Source: Promethearchaeota archaeon
GTDB taxonomy: Archaea > Asgardarchaeota > Lokiarchaeia > Sigyniarchaeales > SOKP01
Direction of reading: 5' to 3'
Assembly: GCA_018238625.1 (NCBI GenBank)
Contig: JABCSY010000128.1
Span: 1 to 10,115, forward strand
DNA: 10,115 nucleotides
Shown: in pieces, positions 1 through 6,079 of the stretch
Layout of the letters: each line of letters starts with the position of its first letter
Position numbering within the stretch: the stretch's first letter is position 1
Position numbers and translations under genes: made by a program
Notes under the pieces: model-generated
The model's database searches: none
Seen by the model: only the letters and a program-made list of their open reading frames with translations
Told to the model about the DNA's origin: nothing

Positions 1-477
1 AGTAACTTCAATATCCAAAGAAAAGTTAGGATAATTTAGAAGGGTGATCTGGTCTTTTAAAGAAACAAAACCAGCCTTATGAAATAAAGCACTTGTTTTC
101 GATAAGTCGCGAGGATTGCCTCCAAAATCCGCGTTATTACTCCAATTACCCGTACTATGAATTAAGAGTGCTGGACGCGCGGTTTTTGAGGTATGTCTGC
201 TTGCAAAAATTAATATATCTGGTTTAAGTTTAATGTCATCAAAATTCAAATTTTCTAAGAAAATTAATGGTTTATCTGTTAATCCTAAATAGATTTGGTT
301 CTTAATTAGCAATTCGTCCTTTTTGTCTTCAAAGGCAACATCTTCTAATACAAATACCGGATTCTCGTGCCATTTAGTAGAAATTTCTTTAAATGAATAC
401 GTTCTAGAATTTAAAAACTTATTGCGCATGTTCATAGAAGCTTTGTCTTCTTTTGAAGTAATAATAAAGAATTGAAT
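1..477 (-). CDS. dtdA: D-aminoacyl-tRNA deacylase (archaeal/plant DTD2, GEK1-like); 5' part, truncated at window edge
   Basis: Hand translation of the minus strand: IQFFIITSKEDKASMNMRN...DILIFASRHTSKTARPALLIHSTGNWSNNADFGGNPRDLS...FSLDIEVT. These match the DTD2 motifs SRH, HxxGN and FGG, and the start of EVTHHGP at the edge. Start uncertain: ATT at 477 after GGTGA, or first in-frame ATG at 435. Confidence 0.92.
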   Translation of the reverse strand, partial: MQFFIITSKEDKASMNMRNKFLNSRTYSFKEISTKWHENPVFVLEDVAFEDKKDELLIKNQIYLGLTDKPLIFLENLNFDDIKLKPDILIFASRHTSKTARPALLIHSTGNWSNNADFGGNPRDLSKTSALFHKAGFVSLKDQITLLNYPNFSLDIEVT

Positions 478-562
478 TGATAATCACCATGGAAATATAA
501 ATTTCTTTAATTAATTTAATAAATAAAATTCGCAAGAAGTAAAAAATTTTATAATTTAATTC

Positions 563-577
563 TAAAAACTTTAAAAA
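563..577 (+). promoter_or_regulatory. Putative BRE/TATA promoter of the ZIP-like gene (probably leaderless)
   Basis: TAAAAAC-TTTAAAAA with the TATA-like part at 570-577, starting 31 nt before ATG 601; no SD. The same 12-mer precedes gene 4659. Confidence 0.5.
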
Positions 578-600
578 TTGTAACTATATTAGAATATGTA

Positions 601-1563
601 ATGACAATTAGTTTTGCATTTATAGCTATCGTTTCATTGGTATTTGGCGTTCTTTTTTTCATAGTAGATTTTTACGAACGAAAACATCCTAAGCTTGATA
701 TATCCTTAATTGCGGGAATCTCTATTGCTTATTTTTTCTTAGTCCTTCTTCCCGAAATCGCAGAAAATATTCCTCAATTTCCTTTAGGGCTCAAACTTTT
801 TGAATATCTCTTTGTCGTAATTGGTTTTGTATTCGTTCATGTTTCTGAAAAATTAATTTTACAAAAAGTGGAATCTAAATCGCAAAAAAGGATGCGAAAA
901 TTAATCGCAAAAGAAAAGACCTTAGAAGAAGTGGAAAGAAATATCGAAAAAATATTAACAAGAGAATTAGAACAAGAAGATCTAGATACTATAGCTCTGA
1001 AAGACATCGCTCAAACTATATCTGCCCTAAATGAACAAGGACAAGAATTCAAAACCGAGATCAATCGGTATAAATCAAAGATTCAGAATCATATTAACGA
1101 AGAATTAGCTAAACTTCGATTTTTTACCAACTTCACTTATCATTTTCTCGTAGGGATTATTGTAGTTGGGCTATTAGCTATGAATTTAATTACGGGGATA
1201 TTGTTTTTCCTATATGCTTGGTTTAGAGCAATTATTACAAACAGATCGGAAAGTCATCTCATATTTACTGATTTGGAAATTTATGAAACTTTTAATCTTG
1301 AAGAGAACCTTACCAGAAAATACATCCTATCTTTTGCAAATTTAATAGGCATTTTATTTGGAATAGGTTTAGATTTAATACTTTTTGAATATACAGAGAT
1401 GTTCTATATTTTATATTCGTTTGTGTCGGGCGTAATCTTATATACTATTGTACGAGAAGTTATTCCTGAAAAAGAAAAAGGAAAGCCTTTATACTTCTTA
1501 ATTGGATTTGTTGGGTTCACTGTGGTTATTTTTATTATAAATATTTTCACAAGTTTATTATAA
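601..1563 (+). CDS. Divergent ZIP (ZupT/Zrt/Irt)-fold membrane protein with coiled-coil insert
   Basis: About 8 hydrophobic segments; ZIP-like motifs AGISIAYFFLVLLPE (TM2), GFVFVHVSEK (TM3), SFVSGVILYTIVREVIPE (TM7), FLIGF (TM8); charged helical loop at aa 88-173. Confidence 0.7.
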   Translation: MTISFAFIAIVSLVFGVLFFIVDFYERKHPKLDISLIAGISIAYFFLVLLPEIAENIPQFPLGLKLFEYLFVVIGFVFVHVSEKLILQKVESKSQKRMRKLIAKEKTLEEVERNIEKILTRELEQEDLDTIALKDIAQTISALNEQGQEFKTEINRYKSKIQNHINEELAKLRFFTNFTYHFLVGIIVVGLLAMNLITGILFFLYAWFRAIITNRSESHLIFTDLEIYETFNLEENLTRKYILSFANLIGILFGIGLDLILFEYTEMFYILYSFVSGVILYTIVREVIPEKEKGKPLYFLIGFVGFTVVIFIINIFTSLL

Positions 1564-1623
1564 AAATTTAATCAAGTGATATCTTCCCAAAATTATGTTC
1601 TAATTATATTCTAAATATTCTAA

Positions 1624-1660
1624 GGAAAACGATTTATAAAATAAAACAACTTGCTTATAA
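1624..1660 (+). promoter_or_regulatory. Putative BRE/TATA promoter of Lrp paralog 1
   Basis: GGAAAACGA-TTTATAAA (TATA 1633-1640), second TTATAA at 1655-1660; AGGAA SD-like at 1739-1743 before ATG 1751. Confidence 0.5.
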
Positions 1661-1750
1661 CTAGTCATATTGTTTAAGCTAAAAATTAAATAGATTTTAA
1701 TTTCATAGAAACAAAATTTAAATTAAGATAGCTTCTCTAGGAATAAGACC

Positions 1751-2323
1751 ATGATAAAAAAAACTTTTAAAGAAATTTTAGGAATTGACGACGACGATTA
1801 CAAGATTATCGAAATGATCGAAAAGAATCCAGATATAACTCATTCTAAAATTGCTCAAGAAATAGAAAAGTCCCAACCCGCAATAGGGGCTCGAATTATT
1901 AAGTTAGAGCGAAAAGGGTTACTTACCAAACAAGTTGGCTTCAACGTTAAAAAAGTAGATATTAAGGTTGCTATAGTTTTTGTCTCAACTAAAGATGTGG
2001 AAACTATTGTACATAAAATCGAAAACTGCCCTTTTATCAATCACGCCTTCAAAATCTCGGGTGAATTTAATTTAATGTGCTTTATTGCTGCTTCCGATCT
2101 CCAAACCATCGAAAAGTTAGTTGATCTATGTTTTAGAAAAGATCCAAATGTTATCAATGTAAAAACCAATATATTAATAGATTCTATACATGATTTCGTA
2201 GTTCCAATTGATTTCCAAATAGAAAAGTTTGATTACTATTCAAATATCTGCGGCCCCGACTGCAATTTGAGCGTTAATCTTCCGAAATATAAATTTGCAA
2301 AAGTAGAAGAAGAAGAAGATTAA
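1751..2323 (+). CDS. Lrp/AsnC family transcriptional regulator (paralog 1)
   Basis: N-terminal wHTH (DDDDYKII...THSKIAQEIEKSQPAIGARIIKLERKG), RAM-like domain (CPFINHAFKISGEFNL), C-terminal CGPDC. Confidence 0.92.
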   Translation: MIKKTFKEILGIDDDDYKIIEMIEKNPDITHSKIAQEIEKSQPAIGARIIKLERKGLLTKQVGFNVKKVDIKVAIVFVSTKDVETIVHKIENCPFINHAFKISGEFNLMCFIAASDLQTIEKLVDLCFRKDPNVINVKTNILIDSIHDFVVPIDFQIEKFDYYSNICGPDCNLSVNLPKYKFAKVEEEED

Positions 2324-2344
2324 TTAGTAATTCAAAACGATTTT

Positions 2345-2896
2345 TTAATCTATTTTATCTACTAATCCTTTGAATTGTGCTATCTTATATTTGCATTTGT
2401 CACCGCACCCTTCTTCCAGCGTTGGAGAATGTTCTTCGCTATCAAAATCGATCGGTAGTATAAAGTCTTTAGCAATCTCAATAACTAATTCCATTGAGAC
2501 TGACTGGACGTCGGGATTACTTCTAAAATGGTAATTGACAATACTGTCTAATTTCTCCAATTTAGAACTCGCAAGTAAAATCATAATGTTATGGTCTCCG
2601 CTTAATCTAAAGGCGTTCAACATGAAAGGACAAAATTTCGCCATATCAAGTATTATATTAGGGCGCTTTGTATTGATTTCTACGGTTGCCAAGAACAAAT
2701 CTATCCTCTTAAAGTTTACACCTGGTTGGAACTGGAGTATTCCTTCTTTCTCGAGCTTTTTTATTCTCATCCCAACAGTTGGTTGAGACCGATTTATTTT
2801 TTCAGCAATTTGAGTATGCGTAAGGTTTGGATCGTCTTGTACTAATGTTATAATTTGCCGGTCGATCTCATCAAGTTTTAATTTTTCTGATATCAA
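2345..2896 (-). CDS. Lrp/AsnC family transcriptional regulator (paralog 2)
   Basis: LDEIDRQII...THTQIAEKINRSQPTVGMRIKKLEKEG wHTH, CPFMLNAFRLSGDHNI, C-terminal CGDKC; TTG start preceded by AGTGA. Confidence 0.92.
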   Translation of the reverse strand: MISEKLKLDEIDRQIITLVQDDPNLTHTQIAEKINRSQPTVGMRIKKLEKEGILQFQPGVNFKRIDLFLATVEINTKRPNIILDMAKFCPFMLNAFRLSGDHNIMILLASSKLEKLDSIVNYHFRSNPDVQSVSMELVIEIAKDFILPIDFDSEEHSPTLEEGCGDKCKYKIAQFKGLVDKID

Positions 2897-2947
2897 GTCT
2901 TTTCACTATAAACATTTTTTATTCTAATATTTTAATAATAATTTTTC

Positions 2948-2965
2948 AAATTATAAAGATACTTA
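2948..2965. repeat. Exact 18-bp dispersed repeat, copy 1 (AAATTATAAAGATACTTA)
   Basis: Identical to 4525-4542. Confidence 0.85.
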
Positions 2966-2980
2966 TATTTTATAAATTGT
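2948..2980 (-). promoter_or_regulatory. Putative promoter/operator of Lrp paralog 2
   Basis: Minus strand ACAATTTATAAAATATAAGTATCTTTATAATTT; contains the inverted repeat TTATAAA (2951-2957) / TTTATAA (2969-2975). Confidence 0.5.
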
Positions 2981-3065
2981 GCGAAAAACTCAGAAGTTAC
3001 AGCTTGAAATGCCAATTTAAAAAAACAAAATTCCCATAAAAAATGGTAACTAAAAATATGATAAG

Positions 3066-3308
3066 TTAATCAATCGTTATCGCTCTTAATTTACAAGCAG
3101 TTGTGCAAATATGGCATTTAATGCAGTTATCTTCTCTATCTTCAATAACAATGCATTGAGGCTCAGAATTTTTGTTCACAACCTCATAAATTCCTCTAAA
3201 ACATGCCTCTTCACAAGAAAAGTCTTTACAAATTTTACATTTGTTAATATCAATATGATGGAACTTATAACTAACAATTTTACTATGATCTTGTGCGTCG
3301 TTCATCAA
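3066..3308 (-). CDS. 2x[4Fe-4S] dicluster ferredoxin
   Basis: CKICKDFSCEEAC (CxxCxxxxCxxxC) and CIKCHICTTAC (CxxCxxCxxxC) followed by KLRAITID; start TTG 3308 or ATG 3305. Confidence 0.9.
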   Translation of the reverse strand: MMNDAQDHSKIVSYKFHHIDINKCKICKDFSCEEACFRGIYEVVNKNSEPQCIVIEDREDNCIKCHICTTACKLRAITID

Positions 3309-3423
3309 GATAATTTAAAATAAAACTCCTTTTATCTCTATAGTTTATATTATATAATAGTATTATTTTAAGCTAAATTAAAATAAACCTAATTAGATTA
3401 GCTCAATAGTGTGTGGTTTTAGC

Positions 3424-4092
3424 ATGGATAAGGTAAAAATACCGCTTTTTGAAGTCCCCCATCTCAGCAAAGGAATCTTTTTAACTCGACCTAATCGCTT
3501 TGTAAGCGAAATCAAATACAAAAATGAAATAAAATTAGGTCATATCCACGATCCAGGGCGGCTAACAGAGTTGCTAATTAAGGGAAAAGAAGTTTTGTTC
3601 ACTGATTCTCGCGGTAAATTAGATTACTACGTAAAAGCTGTAAAGCACAAAAACGAATGGATCTTAATTGATACTGCGCTTCATTCTAAAATCGCATTGA
3701 GAGTTTTTCCACACTTACCAGAAATTTCAAAAGTTAAAGAAATAAGGAAAGAAGTTAATATTGGTAAAAGCAGGATAGATTTCGTTTTAGATGGAGTACC
3801 ATTAGAAGTAAAGGGAGTTACCCTCGTAAAAGAAGATCTAGCCCTGTTTCCAGACGCTCCTACCGAACGTGGAACTAGGCATGTACAAGAAATTATCGAC
3901 AATAATGGGATGCTTCTTTTTTTAGTGTTTCGTAAAGCGTCTAAATTCAAACCGAATTTTGAAACTGATCCAAAATTTTTCAACAAATTATCTGAAGCGA
4001 GAAAGAAAAATGTACCAATTTTTGTAGCACAGCTCAGTTTTGATGGAAAAACAATTTATTACCACAACAAAATACCCTTAGCAGAGTTTTAA
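3424..4092 (+). CDS. sfsA: SfsA (sugar fermentation stimulation protein A; OB fold + PD-(D/E)XK nuclease-like)
   Basis: Motifs RPNRF, HIHDPGRLTELL, SRIDF, EVKGVTL, FPDAPTERGTRH. ATG 3424 preferred; the ORF track starts at GTG 3409. Confidence 0.95.
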   Translation: MDKVKIPLFEVPHLSKGIFLTRPNRFVSEIKYKNEIKLGHIHDPGRLTELLIKGKEVLFTDSRGKLDYYVKAVKHKNEWILIDTALHSKIALRVFPHLPEISKVKEIRKEVNIGKSRIDFVLDGVPLEVKGVTLVKEDLALFPDAPTERGTRHVQEIIDNNGMLLFLVFRKASKFKPNFETDPKFFNKLSEARKKNVPIFVAQLSFDGKTIYYHNKIPLAEF

Positions 4093-4137
4093 ACAGTTCC
4101 AAAATTAAAAGATAATAAATTAGCATTTAAAAATATA

Positions 4138-4446
4138 TCATTTGCTCTTTTTCTTTTTTTTTTTCTTATGTTTTTTTCTTTTTTCTTCAGGTTCTGGAGT
4201 AATGTCTACATCAACTTCCGCTATAATGAATGCAAGCAAAATAGGACCAGCACCAGAATATCGGGGATCAGAATAAGTACTAAATTTAATATCCTTTACT
4301 TTGCAGTTTTTATCGCTCTGATGCAAAATCATTAGATTTCTATTTACAGCTCGAGTAAAGTCTGACGGCTGGTCATAGGTTCCTCCTACTGCGAAAACTT
4401 GGTCCATTCTAACTATTTTTCGCTCTATTGGATTTATATTTTCCAT
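4138..4446 (-). CDS. Small hypothetical protein (possibly Cse60/DUF2758-like core) with poly-Lys C-terminal tail
   Basis: 102-aa ATG ORF; core pattern FxxxVNxxL...VKDIKFS...AFII; tail PEPEEKRKKHKKKKKKKSK. Confidence 0.75.
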   Translation of the reverse strand: MENINPIERKIVRMDQVFAVGGTYDQPSDFTRAVNRNLMILHQSDKNCKVKDIKFSTYSDPRYSGAGPILLAFIIAEVDVDITPEPEEKRKKHKKKKKKKSK

Positions 4447-4524
4447 ATTTTTTTACCAATTATTTGTTTTATTAGTAAACGTTTAATTTTTATTTTATAT
4501 TTATTAATCTTTTTTTTTTTGCTT

Positions 4525-4542
4525 AAATTATAAAGATACTTA
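4525..4542. repeat. Exact 18-bp dispersed repeat, copy 2
   Basis: AAATTATAAAGATACTTA, identical to 2948-2965; lies upstream of minus-strand gene 4446. Confidence 0.85.
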
Positions 4543-4573
4543 ATTAAAATCAATTTTAAATTAAATACTTCTA

Positions 4574-4612
4574 AAAATCCTATATAACAATTTAAAATCC
4601 TTACATATAACA
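4574..4612 (+). repeat. Imperfect tandem direct repeat
   Basis: AAAATCCTATATAACA (4574-4589) and AAAATCCTTACATATAACA (4594-4612). Confidence 0.55.
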
Positions 4613-4622
4613 GCTATTGATA

Positions 4623-4637
4623 TAAAAACTTTAATTA
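4623..4637 (+). promoter_or_regulatory. Putative BRE/TATA promoter of the 7TM-longin gene (probably leaderless)
   Basis: TAAAAAC-TTTAATTA with the TATA-like part at 4630-4637, starting 29 nt before ATG 4659; no SD. Confidence 0.5.
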
Positions 4638-4658
4638 AATATTGAATAAAAATACAAT

Positions 4659-5768
4659 ATGATATTTCAATATACAATTATTTTAAAAATTCTTCCACTC
4701 ATTTTACTAGTACCATCAATCATCTTTCAGATAATATTTTTACGAGATTATTTTAAAACTAAACAAAAAATGTTTGGTTTTTTAGCTATTCTTTTTTCTA
4801 CTTATCTTATTCGTTATATTTTTCAAGCAAATAGACGCTCACCATTGTTAGAAGGAGAAGAATTTCTTTTTTTTGTCTTATTTCAGGTATTTGACATGCT
4901 TGCATTATATTCTCTGATTTTAGTACTAGAGGTATTTGAGAAAAACATTCAATTTTCATGGCGACAAATATTAATTACAATCCTTGTATTTATTGCAATT
5001 GGTGGAATGATTTCTGATCCAGATTTAGAATCTCAAATTATTGAGGGGTCAATTTTTATATCATTAAAACCTATTAGTTTTGAATTCATCTTTAGAATGT
5101 TATTTCTTTTTATAGCAGGGCTATTAGTTGTAATAGCTCTTCATCAAAGTTTAAAATCGGCATGGTCTCTGAAGCAAAAAAGTTTAATTAAATGGCTTAC
5201 TTGTGGAACAATTTTTACATTCTTTATGCCTTTAATTGCTCAAATTGCATTAGGTCTACCATTACAAGTAAGTATTGAATTTCTTATGATAGCTTCGTTA
5301 ATACAGGAGCTCTTCCAAAATTTTGGGATGGTAATTATCGGTGTCGCATTTCTTCGAGTCAGTAAAAAGCCATGGCTGTTACAGCGACAGAAAATTCATT
5401 TAATAGTTGTTTATTCCCAAAGTGGCTTAAAACTATACTCTAAAGCCTTTATTAAGGAACTAACATCTGATGATCTCCTTTTACTAGCTGGTGGATTTTC
5501 AGCAGTTACCTCGTTGTTAAAAGAAGCTACAAAAACAACAGGTCAAGTAAAAGCAATATTATTAGAGGGAAAAGAATTACGACTTATAAATCGAGAAAAC
5601 TTCATTTGTGCGCTCCTAGTCGAATTTACGACTCAAGCTTCTGAATTAGCACACGAGAAATTCGCATTGGAATTTGAACAAAAATATAAAGAAGAATTGA
5701 AAGATTTTAATGGTGATGTTACTTCTTTTCACTCAGCAGAAGCGCTAACAACTCAATATTTCTCTTAA
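4659..5768 (+). CDS. Seven-TM membrane protein fused to a C-terminal longin-like domain
   Basis: Seven hydrophobic segments in aa 8-232. Soluble aa ~245-369 show the longin-type bb-a-bbb-aa pattern: HLIVVYSQSGLKLYSKAF, LLAGGFSAVTSLLKE, VKAILLEGKELRLI, FICALLV, FALEFEQKY, FNGDVTSF. Confidence 0.75.
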   Translation: MIFQYTIILKILPLILLVPSIIFQIIFLRDYFKTKQKMFGFLAILFSTYLIRYIFQANRRSPLLEGEEFLFFVLFQVFDMLALYSLILVLEVFEKNIQFSWRQILITILVFIAIGGMISDPDLESQIIEGSIFISLKPISFEFIFRMLFLFIAGLLVVIALHQSLKSAWSLKQKSLIKWLTCGTIFTFFMPLIAQIALGLPLQVSIEFLMIASLIQELFQNFGMVIIGVAFLRVSKKPWLLQRQKIHLIVVYSQSGLKLYSKAFIKELTSDDLLLLAGGFSAVTSLLKEATKTTGQVKAILLEGKELRLINRENFICALLVEFTTQASELAHEKFALEFEQKYKEELKDFNGDVTSFHSAEALTTQYFS

Positions 5769-6079
5769 ATATAATAATATTAATAAAATTAGAAAGAAAA
5801 TACTAAATTAATATTCGATATTCATTTTTTTGACATAATCGAATTATATTGTCCCGAAGATTTTTGGGATAAAATCTATAGAGACAACATAATAAATAGA
5901 TACAATAAAATGATCGAGTAATATTAGTATTAGTACTTCAGTTTTCGGTTCTGAAGCTATAGATGTTATCTTAAATGATAAAAATGAATGTATCAGAAGA
6001 GATAATAAGAGTTTAGGGGATTTTTCCAAGAAATATCAAGGGATAGAGCTGATTAAGAGTGTCAAAAGTGGTTATAATA

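Noticed and set aside
484-486. In-frame TGA before dtdA as a Sec codon
   Set aside because: No canonical start between it and the upstream TAA (513-511); better explained as part of the GGTGA SD.
1855-2040. 61-aa minus-strand ORF
   Set aside because: Antisense shadow inside Lrp paralog 1; no motif.
2535-2786. 83-aa plus-strand ORF
   Set aside because: Antisense shadow inside Lrp paralog 2.
3111-3323. 70-aa plus-strand ORF
   Set aside because: Overlaps the ferredoxin on the opposite strand; no motif.
3681-3986. 101-aa minus-strand ORF
   Set aside because: Antisense shadow inside sfsA.
4120-4140. Only TGA stop among the genes; readthrough would give ...KKSK-U-YIFKC*, suggesting selenocysteine or a lipidation-like tail
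   Set aside because: No SECIS-like hairpin recognisable in the short 3' region, and the extension is not a true CaaX; ordinary termination is simpler.
4659-5380. 7TM region as a rhodopsin or true GPCR
   Set aside because: No retinal-binding Lys within TM7 and no DRY/NPxxY motifs.
5844-6029. 61-aa hydrophobic minus-strand ORF
   Set aside because: TTG start, no recognisable motif, composition typical of an antisense reading of A-rich DNA; cannot be supported.
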